Positions 1 through 8,561 of a DNA stretch of 31,322 bases are shown in pieces. The translations under genes and the position numbers were made by a program. Origin of the DNA: a virus (taxonomy: Duplodnaviria > Caudoviricetes). Location: the IMG/VR virus record IMGVR_UViG_3300031694_000027, positions 1-31,322 of that record. One strand, written 5' to 3'. The notes beneath the pieces were generated by a model. That model ran no database searches. It saw only the letters and a program-made list of their open reading frames with translations, and had not been told where the DNA came from. How positions within the stretch are numbered: position 1 is the first letter of the stretch; every line of letters starts with the position of its first letter.

Positions 1-1
1 C

Positions 2-487
2 ATCATCGACAAGGATGGTCAACCAATAAAGAAGGTAAGGGATCTTACATCAACTGAAAGGGACGTATACACTATGTTCCATAGGTTAGTTTATAAGATT
101 AAACGCCTAATGAATAAGGTACCTGGCGGCAAGTCAAAGATTGCTTCTTATGGTGCTGCATTATACTTAATTAAAGAAGAAACAGGAATGTCAGAGGCAC
201 AGCTTCTTGACGCGATGCATTCTTTAGATTTTGAATTAGAATTTGAAGACATCAACGAAACATTTATTATTGGTCAGGATAACGAATTACTTCCTGGTGT
301 ATATACATTAAATAAGAACATATTACTTCCACACTCTGGTGAAGAACTTGCTTTCGCAGAATCTAAGGTTATTGCGCATGGTCATGAAGAAAGAGTTGGA
401 TCTATATTCGGTATGAACGTATACAAAGTGGAGCATATTGCCACTAGACAATATATTAACGTAACATCAAGAGACTTAAACCGATGA
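2..487 (+). CDS. Conserved hypothetical protein of T4-like phages, 5'-truncated by the window
   Basis: Frame is open from position 2 (IIDKDGQPIKKVRDLTSTERDVYTMFHRLVYKIKRL), so the ATG at 74 is probably internal; stop overlaps the next start (ATGA). Confidence 0.75.
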   Translation: MIDKDGQPIKKVRDLTSTERDVYTMFHRLVYKIKRLMNKVPGGKSKIASYGAALYLIKEETGMSEAQLLDAMHSLDFELEFEDINETFIIGQDNELLPGVYTLNKNILLPHSGEELAFAESKVIAHGHEERVGSIFGMNVYKVEHIATRQYINVTSRDLNR

Positions 488-1005
488 ACACATTCGTTGA
501 ACAAACTATCCCACAGGGCAAAACAGTATTAACTAAGAAGAAAGGTCCTTCTAAAAAGGATATGGCTAAACTACAAAAAGTTCGTGCAATGTTAGATAAA
601 GAAAAGAAGCCAAGACTTAAAGAAGCAGATCCAGGTGATATGGATTGCTGGGACGGATATAAGAAGGATGGTACTAAACCAGGCACCGGAAAGAACAAAG
701 GTAAGCAGGTCAACAACTGTGTCAGAGAAGATACACCGGCAAACGTTACTGCAGGTGTTGCCACAAACTCTATTCCCCTTGGTAGTAAGTATAAGCACTT
801 TAACGTTCCATCTGAAACTTTTAGAAAGTTTGAAACTGGTCGTAATAAGTTTGAGCGTTGGAATAAGTTCTTAGATATGAATGACTCTAACCAAAAGGCT
901 ATTCATCTTTATGCAAGTAAGAATCCATCAAATACTATCATCCTTCAAGATGAGACAACTGGTGCTATGAGATCTATTCGAAGAAGATCATCAAATAACT
1001 TATAA
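484..1005 (+). CDS. Hypothetical protein with CWDGYK...NCV motif
   Basis: 173-aa ORF with ATGA coupling; the motif CWDGYKKDGTK...KQVNNCV is recalled from marine T4-like phage proteins. Confidence 0.7.
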   Translation: MNTFVEQTIPQGKTVLTKKKGPSKKDMAKLQKVRAMLDKEKKPRLKEADPGDMDCWDGYKKDGTKPGTGKNKGKQVNNCVREDTPANVTAGVATNSIPLGSKYKHFNVPSETFRKFETGRNKFERWNKFLDMNDSNQKAIHLYASKNPSNTIILQDETTGAMRSIRRRSSNNL

Positions 1006-1011
1006 TAGTTG

Positions 1012-1040
1012 TGTACTTATCATGAGACATGTGTTATAAT
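1012..1040 (+). promoter_or_regulatory. Sigma70-type early promoter
   Basis: TGTACT-17bp-TATAAT with TGn extended -10, intergenic, upstream of the spanin-nrd cluster. Confidence 0.8.
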
Positions 1041-1074
1041 AGTACCAATGAGTAATTAACGTAGGAACTATATC

Positions 1075-1512
1075 ATGATAGGAATAACATCAGGAATACG
1101 AATGCTGGCCCTCGGAGGGTTAATGTCCGTAGCAGCAGGTGGATACTGGTACTATACCAGCTCGCAAGCTAAAATCAATAGTTTGCAAACAACTGTAGCA
1201 CAATCAGGTGCTGCAATCGAAGTTCAAAAGCAGTTTATAAGTAAGCAAAGTGAAGCCATTGTAAACCTCAATGGCAATATTGCGCTGCTGCAAGAAGTTC
1301 AAAATAACCTTATTATTGAAGCTCGGGCATCAGCCAAAGAAGTAGCTAACCTTAAATCAAAATTCAATACTTCATCATCAGGCAACGATCGTGATATCGG
1401 TGTATTAGCTGCTAAAAAGCCATCGCTAATATCTAAGATTGTCAATAAAGCGACTGCGGCATTAGGTGATCAGGTTGAGAATCTAACAGCCATAGAAGAA
1501 ACCAATGAATAA
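1075..1512 (+). CDS. i-spanin (Rz-like)
   Basis: N-terminal hydrophobic helix, coiled-coil body, C-terminal AAKKPSLISKIVNKA like T4-type pseT.3 spanins; overlaps a lipoprotein gene. Confidence 0.8.
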   Translation: MIGITSGIRMLALGGLMSVAAGGYWYYTSSQAKINSLQTTVAQSGAAIEVQKQFISKQSEAIVNLNGNIALLQEVQNNLIIEARASAKEVANLKSKFNTSSSGNDRDIGVLAAKKPSLISKIVNKATAALGDQVENLTAIEETNE

Positions 1513-1861
1513 ACCTATTATTTTATGTAGCATACTGGTTGGACTATCAGGATGCTCATCATTTTCGCAGCCTCCGCCTGTTATTGCAGTTGATTGCCCT
1601 ATATTAGAAGTCAATGATCCGACCATATCATTCCCTAATCCAGTAGCAATCGAATGGATTGATATGGATATTATCATACTCACACCAGATACTACTGATG
1701 CTGAATTTGATAAGTTAGAAGCCGACCAGCGTGTATATTTTGCAATTACGGATAAGGGATATGAAGCAATGTCCTTAAACTTCGCAGAACTAAAGAGATA
1801 TATAAAGGACCAAAAAAACATTATTATAGCATACAAGACATACTTTGAGGAAAAGAAATGA
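1505..1861 (+). CDS. o-spanin lipoprotein (Rz1-like)
   Basis: Signal peptide with lipobox LSGC, Pro-rich linker, C-terminal YEAMSLNFAELKRYIKDQK helix; 8-nt overlap with the i-spanin. Confidence 0.82.
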   Translation: MNKPIILCSILVGLSGCSSFSQPPPVIAVDCPILEVNDPTISFPNPVAIEWIDMDIIILTPDTTDAEFDKLEADQRVYFAITDKGYEAMSLNFAELKRYIKDQKNIIIAYKTYFEEKK

Positions 1862-4113
1862 ATGACATCTCTATCACTAAACGGAATGGGCATAAAGAAG
1901 GATTTGAGTTAGAGAAAATACATCGTATTCTTGAGTGGGCATGTTTAGAAATCTCAGGTGTATCTATTTCTGAGATTGAGATCAAAGCTAACATTCAGTT
2001 ATATCAATCTATTCCTAGTTCTGAAATACATGAGCTACTGATCAAATCATCAGCAGAACTTATATCAGAACATACACCAAATTACCAGTATGTGGCGGCT
2101 CGTTTAATCAACTATAAAATTCGTAAAGAAGTTTATAACGGATTTGAGCCAACACACTTATTCGATACAATTGAGAAAAACGTTGACCGTAAGGTATACG
2201 ATTCATCAATACTTGGCGCATACAGTGTATCAGAATTCGAAAAGATGAATGACTATATCAAGCATGAACGTGATAACTCGTTTACATATGTCGGTATGGA
2301 ACAATTCCGTAGTAAGTATCTAGTGCAAGATAGAAAGACTAAGACGTTATTTGAAACACCTCAAGTTCTCTATATGATGATTGCTGCAACTTTATTTCAA
2401 AACTATCCAACAAATACAAGGATGAAATATGTCAAAGACTTCTATGACGCAGTTTCGCTATTTTATATCTCACTACCTACACCAATTATGGCTGGGGTGC
2501 GTACTCCTACGAGACAGTTCTCGTCGTGTGTTCTCATTGAGTCAGGTGATTCACTTGGTTCAATCAATGCTACGGCTACCTCAGTCGTTCGCTACATATC
2601 TAAGAAAGCGGGTATTGGTATCAATGTTGGTGGAATACGTGGTCTGGGCGCTCGCATTGGAGACGGTTCTGTTGTACATACTGGTCTCATTCCGTTTCTA
2701 AAATACTTTCAAGCGGCTGTTAAAAGTTGCTCACAAGGTGGAGTTCGTGGTGGTGCAGCTACAGTGTATTATCCTGTATGGCATTGGGAATTCGAAGACC
2801 TTATTGTATTAAAGAATAATAAAGGTACTGATGAGAACCGTATTCGCAATATCGATTATGGTGTACAGTTTAACAAGTTGATGTATGAACGTCTACTCAC
2901 TGGTGGTAATATTACTTTCTTCTCACCTGACGAAGTGCCTGATCTATATAAGGCATTCTATGATGATCAAGATAAGTTCAAGGCATTATACGAGAAATAT
3001 GAAAAGTCACGTTCTGTACGTAAGAAGTCATTGCCAGCACTAGAAGTCTTTTCGTCGTTTCTTACGGAAAGAAAAGAAACAGGTCGTATATACCTACAGA
3101 ATGTAGATCACTCAAACGATCACGGATCATTCTTACCAGAAGTTGCTCCAATTAAGATGAGTAACCTATGTGCAGAGATTGCACTACCTACTAAACCTTT
3201 GGAGCATGCAGACGATACGAATGGAGAAATTAGCCTTTGTACCCTCAGCGCAATTAACTGGGGACTCATTAATGACCCTAAAGAGTTTGAAAAATATTGT
3301 GACTTGGCAGTTAGATCTCTCGACGAACTCCTTGACTACCAAGATTATCCTGTCCCCGCAGCAATGGCTGGAACTAAACGTCGCAGACCATTGGGTGTCG
3401 GTATCATTAACCTTGCTTACTTTTTAGCAAAGCGTGGGCTAAAGTATGATGACGCTGCATTAGAAACAATTGATGAATACGCAGAGGCATGGTCATATTA
3501 CTTGATCAGTGCATCTAACCGCCTTGCTAAGGAAAAGGGTAATTGTCCTGCATCTAACGAGACTAAGTACCACACTGGAATTCTTCCGGTTGATACATAT
3601 AAGACTGAAGTAGATGAGTTAGTGGCACCTAATCAAAGAATGGATTGGGAAAAGCTAAGAGGCAATTTGCGCAAGCATGGAATACGTAACTCTACTGTAA
3701 TGGCGTTAATGCCAGCAGAGACGTCTGCACAGGTATCAAATTCAACGAATGGTATTGAACCACCACGTAGTTTGGTATCATATAAGCAATCGAAGGATGG
3801 CATCATGGCTCAAGTAGTTCCAGGCTATCCTCGTTTAAAGAATAAATATGATCTACTATGGGATCAAAATGGACCAGAAGGATACCTTAAGATCTGTGCG
3901 GTCCTACAAAAATACATTGATCAAGCCATCTCAGTCAATACTTCATACAATTCAGATCAGTATGAGGACGGTAAAGTGCCGATGTCTGAAATGATCCGTG
4001 ACCTTATAAACTTCTATAAGTACGGTGGCAAACATTTATATTATTTTAACACACATGATGGAGCAGGTGATGTACTCGATGATGATGAGAATTGTGATAG
4101 CTGTACTATTTAA
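1858..4113 (+). CDS. nrdA: Ribonucleotide reductase class Ia alpha subunit
   Basis: N-terminal ATP cone (ITKRNG), QFSSCVL, SNLCAEI active site, LYY pair, C-terminal CDSC. Confidence 0.98.
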   Translation: MNDISITKRNGHKEGFELEKIHRILEWACLEISGVSISEIEIKANIQLYQSIPSSEIHELLIKSSAELISEHTPNYQYVAARLINYKIRKEVYNGFEPTHLFDTIEKNVDRKVYDSSILGAYSVSEFEKMNDYIKHERDNSFTYVGMEQFRSKYLVQDRKTKTLFETPQVLYMMIAATLFQNYPTNTRMKYVKDFYDAVSLFYISLPTPIMAGVRTPTRQFSSCVLIESGDSLGSINATATSVVRYISKKAGIGINVGGIRGLGARIGDGSVVHTGLIPFLKYFQAAVKSCSQGGVRGGAATVYYPVWHWEFEDLIVLKNNKGTDENRIRNIDYGVQFNKLMYERLLTGGNITFFSPDEVPDLYKAFYDDQDKFKALYEKYEKSRSVRKKSLPALEVFSSFLTERKETGRIYLQNVDHSNDHGSFLPEVAPIKMSNLCAEIALPTKPLEHADDTNGEISLCTLSAINWGLINDPKEFEKYCDLAVRSLDELLDYQDYPVPAAMAGTKRRRPLGVGIINLAYFLAKRGLKYDDAALETIDEYAEAWSYYLISASNRLAKEKGNCPASNETKYHTGILPVDTYKTEVDELVAPNQRMDWEKLRGNLRKHGIRNSTVMALMPAETSAQVSNSTNGIEPPRSLVSYKQSKDGIMAQVVPGYPRLKNKYDLLWDQNGPEGYLKICAVLQKYIDQAISVNTSYNSDQYEDGKVPMSEMIRDLINFYKYGGKHLYYFNTHDGAGDVLDDDENCDSCTI

Positions 4114-4128
4114 TAAGGAAGAAAAGAG

Positions 4129-5220
4129 ATGAGTGTTTATAAGCCGGTAACAGTATCCCACCTAGAGCGTAGTATGTTCTTTGATGAAGCAGTGGATATT
4201 GCTCGTTATGATGAAGTAAAGTATCCAACATACGAAAAGTTATCCGACAAAATGTTGGGGTTCTTTTGGCGCCCCAATGAAATTGATGTAACTAAAGACA
4301 GAGCAGAATTTCGTGACCTCACTACACATGAGCAACATATATTCACAGCCAATTTAAAAAGACAAATCCTCCTTGATAGCGTACAAGGTCGGTCACCTAA
4401 CTTGGCGTTATTGCCAATTTGTTCATTACCCGAACTAGAAGTGCTAGTAGAAACGTGGGCGTTCTTTGAGACTATTCATTCTCGCTCATATACGCATATT
4501 ATTCGTAACATATATCCTAACCCTGGTCAAGTATTTGACGAGATCAATAGTATCTCAGAGATTCTTGATTGTGCAGACAATGTATCAAAGTACTATGACA
4601 ACCTAATTGCAATCAACTCAGCGGAATCAGCTAATCCCGGATCCGTAGATAAGTACGAACAGAAACGAGCCTTATGGCTGTGTTTGCATTCTATATACAT
4701 ATTGGAAGGAATACGGTTTTATGTCTCATTTGCATGTAGTTGGGCATTTGCAGAATTAAAGAAGATGGAAGGCAACGCTAAGATTATTAAGCTGATTGCA
4801 CGTGATGAGAATTTGCATTTATCTGCATCTACTCAAATTATCCGTAACCTCCTTAAAGAAGATTCGGACTTTATTTCGTTGCAGGAAGAATGTCGTGAAG
4901 AGGTATCTTCAATGTTTGTATCTGCAATCGATCAAGAAAAAGAATGGGTAGATTACTTATTTAAAGATGGTTCTATGATCGGTTTGAACAGTGTAATATT
5001 GAAGGACTACGTTGAATGGATTGCATCAAAGCGTATGAAGACACTTGGCTATATATCTCCTTATCAAGTATCTCAGGCTAATCCATTACCGTGGACCGAG
5101 AAGTGGATATCTGGATCTCAGGTGCAAGTAGCTCCACAAGAAGTGGAAATCTCCTCATATATAATTGGTGGAGTTAAACAGGATGTCGATGCTGACACAT
5201 TGAAAGGAATGAGCTTATGA
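4129..5220 (+). CDS. nrdB: Ribonucleotide reductase class Ia beta subunit
   Basis: FFWRP, LDSVQGR, ETIHSRSY, EGIRFYVSF, RDENLH di-iron and radical motifs; C-terminal VAPQEVE. Confidence 0.98.
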   Translation: MSVYKPVTVSHLERSMFFDEAVDIARYDEVKYPTYEKLSDKMLGFFWRPNEIDVTKDRAEFRDLTTHEQHIFTANLKRQILLDSVQGRSPNLALLPICSLPELEVLVETWAFFETIHSRSYTHIIRNIYPNPGQVFDEINSISEILDCADNVSKYYDNLIAINSAESANPGSVDKYEQKRALWLCLHSIYILEGIRFYVSFACSWAFAELKKMEGNAKIIKLIARDENLHLSASTQIIRNLLKEDSDFISLQEECREEVSSMFVSAIDQEKEWVDYLFKDGSMIGLNSVILKDYVEWIASKRMKTLGYISPYQVSQANPLPWTEKWISGSQVQVAPQEVEISSYIIGGVKQDVDADTLKGMSL

Positions 5221-5480
5221 TTGAGATTTATGCAAGGGATAACCCACCTTGTGCTTACTGCATTGCAGCAGTTAATTTATGTGAAGCTAAGGGTTTAGAA
5301 TATAAGAAGTTAGTACTAGATAAGGATTTTAGTCTTGAGGATTTCACTATGGAATTCTATAATGCAAAAACCTTCCCACAAATCAAAAAGGACAATAAAG
5401 GCATAGGCGGATTCGATGAATTAAGAACCGCTGTGATAGCCGATCAAGTTCGAGAATCAATTATGGATCTTAGTCTATGA
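5217..5480 (+). CDS. nrdC: Glutaredoxin
   Basis: CAYC active site, TFPQI, IGGFDEL; coupled to nrdB by ATGA. Confidence 0.93.
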   Translation: MIEIYARDNPPCAYCIAAVNLCEAKGLEYKKLVLDKDFSLEDFTMEFYNAKTFPQIKKDNKGIGGFDELRTAVIADQVRESIMDLSL

Positions 5481-5632
5481 AATATAATCTAATTTGTGCA
5501 GAATGCGATACTGAGTATGAAATTAACGACGATGATGATCTATCCATTGAACCTAATTATTGCCCGTATTGCAGTAAGCCAGCAGAAGATCCAGTAGCAA
5601 CTGATCGTGATGAAGATGAGCTGGATATATAA
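5477..5632 (+). CDS. Small acidic zinc-ribbon protein (51 aa; not in ORF track)
   Basis: MKYNLICAECDTEYE...NYCPYCSKP...DEDELDI; CxxC and CPYC pair; ATGA overlap with the glutaredoxin stop. Confidence 0.78.
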   Translation: MKYNLICAECDTEYEINDDDDLSIEPNYCPYCSKPAEDPVATDRDEDELDI

Positions 5633-6026
5633 TGGAGCTGAATACGATTTAGGTGAATCCACTCACAAGGATGTGTATGGATTTGTATATGTTGTTACTA
5701 ATATAGATACAGGTAAGAAGTATATTGGTAAGAAGGTATTCTGGTCAAAGAAGACCAGACAAGTCAAAGGTAAGAAAAAGAAGTATCTTGCTGAATCAGA
5801 TTGGAAATCATATTATGGATCCAATGAAACGTTAAACGAAGAGAGAGGTTCCGGCACATTATTTCATAGAGAGATTCTACGATTGTGCCAATCTAAATCT
5901 GAGTGTTCTTACTTTGAAGCGAAGCTACAATTTCAGTATGATGTGTTACTATCTGACGAGTATTATAACGGATGGATAATGGCACGATGCAGAAGAGCCC
6001 ACCTAAAAAAGATTTCAATTAGCTAA
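5616..6026 (+). CDS. GIY-YIG superfamily protein
   Basis: GFVY-x10-YIGKK, WKSYYGS and YYNGWI motifs; start chosen at ATG 5616 (MSWIYNG). Confidence 0.75.
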   Translation: MSWIYNGAEYDLGESTHKDVYGFVYVVTNIDTGKKYIGKKVFWSKKTRQVKGKKKKYLAESDWKSYYGSNETLNEERGSGTLFHREILRLCQSKSECSYFEAKLQFQYDVLLSDEYYNGWIMARCRRAHLKKISIS

Positions 6027-6034
6027 AATAAAGT

Positions 6035-6063
6035 TGTACATTGCAACCATACTATGGTATAAT
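6035..6063 (+). promoter_or_regulatory. Sigma70-type early promoter
   Basis: TGTACA-17bp-TATAAT, TGn extension, A-rich upstream. Confidence 0.8.
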
Positions 6064-6068
6064 ACCCT

Positions 6069-6416
6069 ATGAGTAAAAATAATGTTGTTAAGTTCCCAGG
6101 CATAAAGATCAATAAGCATCAGACTGAGCGCAATGAGTTATTAGCAGCTGCTCAAGAATGTGAAGACTATGTGCAGTACATGACCGATATGATCATTGAC
6201 CAAATGGTTATGGATGGTTATGATATGGAAGATAAAAAATTAATAGATGATTTAACCGTTACTATTAATATGATGTGTGGTGCAATCAGTCGGGTATCAA
6301 AGATACCGCATTTTACTCACGAAATATTAGATGCAATGCATAATGAATTGCAGGCATTGATTGATGAAGAAGACGAATTCGATGATGAGTTCGACGATGG
6401 ATACAACGATGATTAA
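6069..6416 (+). CDS. Acidic hypothetical protein
   Basis: 115-aa ORF, NNVVKFP N-terminus, acidic tail; fills the gap between the promoter and rnh. Confidence 0.75.
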   Translation: MSKNNVVKFPGIKINKHQTERNELLAAAQECEDYVQYMTDMIIDQMVMDGYDMEDKKLIDDLTVTINMMCGAISRVSKIPHFTHEILDAMHNELQALIDEEDEFDDEFDDGYNDD

Positions 6417-6439
6417 CATTAAGTAATTGGAGAAGGCAT

Positions 6440-7285
6440 ATTATATTATTAGATTATAGTGGAATCGCAATTTCGTCTATTTTGTTACAGAACTTAGAGA
6501 TCAAGGAAGACATCATTCGTCATGTTATCCTTAACTCTATTCGTATGTACAATAAGAAATTCCGTGACAAGTACGGTGCAATGGTTATCTGTACAGAGGG
6601 TCGTAAGAACTGGCGTAAGGATTACTTTCCTGAATACAAGTTCAAGCGTAAGGCAACACGTGAAAAGTCAAAGTTAGATTGGCCAGAAGCGTTTCGTATT
6701 ATTAACCTTGTGACTGAAGAGATCATTGAAAATATGCCATGGTATGTTGTCAATGTTAATTCATGTGAGGCTGATGATACCATTGCTCATATTGCGTTAT
6801 CTACTCAAGAGTTTGGACAGCATGAAGACGTGATGATCGTTTCTTCCGATAAGGACTTTCTTCAGTTGCAGGCTAATACGGATAATATCCAACAGTTTAG
6901 TCCAATGCTTAAGAAGCTTATCCTTCAAGAAGATAAGTTTGATCTGCATGAACACGTATGTAAAGGTGATTCATCGGATGGTGTTCCTAACATATTATCT
7001 CCGGATGATACGTTTGTCTCAGGTGTTCGTCAATCACCAATGACTAAAAAGAAGATCGAAGAATGGCGGGATCTGTCAATCATGCCAGAAGATGCTCAGC
7101 GCAATTATAAGCGTAACAGTACATTAATAGATCTTAGGGAAACACCAAAGGACGTTCAGGATGAGATCCTTAAAGCCTATGGCGATCGTAAGAAAGCCCA
7201 CGCTACTAAGCCACTGAACTATCTTATTAAGAAACGCTGCAGGAACTTAATTGAATGTGTCGGCGATTTTAATAACAAATCATAA
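6440..7285 (+). CDS. rnh: T4-type RNase H (5'-3' exonuclease, FEN family); proposed ATT start
   Basis: ILLDYS, NWRKDYFPEYK, CEADD, SSDKDF and GDSSDGVPNI motifs. Frame extends upstream of the TTG at 6482; GGAG lies 7 nt before ATT 6440. Confidence 0.92.
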   Translation: MILLDYSGIAISSILLQNLEIKEDIIRHVILNSIRMYNKKFRDKYGAMVICTEGRKNWRKDYFPEYKFKRKATREKSKLDWPEAFRIINLVTEEIIENMPWYVVNVNSCEADDTIAHIALSTQEFGQHEDVMIVSSDKDFLQLQANTDNIQQFSPMLKKLILQEDKFDLHEHVCKGDSSDGVPNILSPDDTFVSGVRQSPMTKKKIEEWRDLSIMPEDAQRNYKRNSTLIDLRETPKDVQDEILKAYGDRKKAHATKPLNYLIKKRCRNLIECVGDFNNKS

Positions 7286-7287
7286 TT

Positions 7288-7295
7288 TATAAATA
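7288..7295 (+). promoter_or_regulatory. T4 late promoter
   Basis: Exact TATAAATA, intergenic after rnh. Confidence 0.75.
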
Positions 7296-7369
7296 CAAAA
7301 TTAACCTAACCTATATGGAGGCTTGTCAATAATACCTTTCCCTTAACTACAATAATAACAGGAGACATT

Positions 7370-7534
7370 ATGTCGCCAACACACCTTGAACGATTAAGAA
7401 AAGACTCGCGTGAATTAAATCATTATGAGAAACACTTGGAGAAAAAAGGTAATACGATGTTAATGTATAAGATAAAGAGAAAACGGGAATATTTAGAGTC
7501 AAAAATTATGGATATAACAATGGAAGTAGCTTGA
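7370..7534 (+). CDS. Small basic helical hypothetical protein (54 aa; not in ORF track)
   Basis: MSPTHLERLRKDSRELNHY...MEVA; AGGAG Shine-Dalgarno; downstream of a late promoter. Confidence 0.75.
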   Translation: MSPTHLERLRKDSRELNHYEKHLEKKGNTMLMYKIKRKREYLESKIMDITMEVA

Positions 7535-7538
7535 TAAA

Positions 7539-7787
7539 ATGCCAATATATGATTATAAGTGTAACGACTGTATGGATGTTCATGCAGAAATTCGTAAGAT
7601 AGCAGAAAGAAATGCCCCCTCTACATGTGTATCATGTGGAGGTGGTAACGTGTATATAAAATTAGGAGCTCCTAATGTGTTATATCACGGAACTGGTGGG
7701 GTCCTCTCAAAGACAGACGATGGTTGGAAGGATACCTTAAAAACAATTAAGAAGAATAATCCATTAGGCACATTTACCTCATCATGA
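7539..7787 (+). CDS. FmdB-family zinc-ribbon protein
   Basis: MPIYDYKCNDC...CVSCGG signature. Confidence 0.88.
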   Translation: MPIYDYKCNDCMDVHAEIRKIAERNAPSTCVSCGGGNVYIKLGAPNVLYHGTGGVLSKTDDGWKDTLKTIKKNNPLGTFTSS

Positions 7788-8479
7788 CAATTAAAAAAGC
7801 AATTAAGTTGAAGTTAGAGCAGCTCGCTAAAGTAGAACCAATGACAGACACACAGCGAGAAGTATTTGAAAGATACAATGAGGGTTATAATTTAGTTTTA
7901 AACGGTTCGGCAGGCACAGGTAAAACATTCATTGCAATGGCCCTTGCCTTAGAAGAAGTTCTTGATAGAGAAACTCCCTACGAGAAAGTTATTATTGTAA
8001 GGTCTATTGTACCTACAAGAGATATAGGGTTCCTACCAGGAGACGAAGACGAGAAGAAGGATGCATACACAGGTCCATATAGATCCATATGCAGAGAGCT
8101 TATTCCACGTGAAGGTGATGCGTGGGAACGTCTGATAGAGCAGCAAACAGTAGAGTTTATGTCAACGTCATTTATTCGTGGCATCACTATTAACAATGCG
8201 ATTATAATTGTTGATGAGATGCAAAACATGACCGGACATGAATTAGATACAGTAATAACGCGTGTCGGTCGTGATTGTAAGTTCATCATGTGTGGTGACT
8301 ACTATCAGTCTGACTTAAAGTATCGCGACGAGAAAGAAGGCATTATTGATTTTCTTGATATATTGCGTGAGTTAAAGAAGTTTAGTGTAATAGAATTTAA
8401 TTGGGCAGACATTGTACGATCAGGTCTTGTGCGTGATTACATCATGACAAAAGAAATGCGATTGTCTAAGCAACGGTAA
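7784..8479 (+). CDS. phoH: PhoH-family ATPase
   Basis: GSAGTGKT Walker A, IGFLPG, FIRGIT, DEMQN, GDYYQSD, IVRSGLV. Confidence 0.95.
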   Translation: MTIKKAIKLKLEQLAKVEPMTDTQREVFERYNEGYNLVLNGSAGTGKTFIAMALALEEVLDRETPYEKVIIVRSIVPTRDIGFLPGDEDEKKDAYTGPYRSICRELIPREGDAWERLIEQQTVEFMSTSFIRGITINNAIIIVDEMQNMTGHELDTVITRVGRDCKFIMCGDYYQSDLKYRDEKEGIIDFLDILRELKKFSVIEFNWADIVRSGLVRDYIMTKEMRLSKQR

Positions 8480-8481
8480 CA

Positions 8482-8489
8482 TATAAATA
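8482..8489 (+). promoter_or_regulatory. T4 late promoter
   Basis: Exact TATAAATA, intergenic after phoH. Confidence 0.7.
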
Positions 8490-8503
8490 CACTCAAATAG
8501 TTG

Positions 8504-8532
8504 TGTACATATAGTACATAATGTGTTATAAT
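8504..8532 (+). promoter_or_regulatory. Sigma70-type early promoter
   Basis: TGTACA-17bp-TATAAT, TGn extension. Confidence 0.8.
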
Positions 8533-8561
8533 AGAACGAATGAAACTAAAGGAAAGAAGTA

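Noticed and set aside
1858-5220. Intron or intein in nrdA/nrdB
   Set aside because: Both ORFs are continuous and of normal length.
7296-7369. Leader as riboswitch, sRNA or uORF (MEACQ)
   Set aside because: No stable structure or recognisable family; the uORF has no supporting initiation signal.
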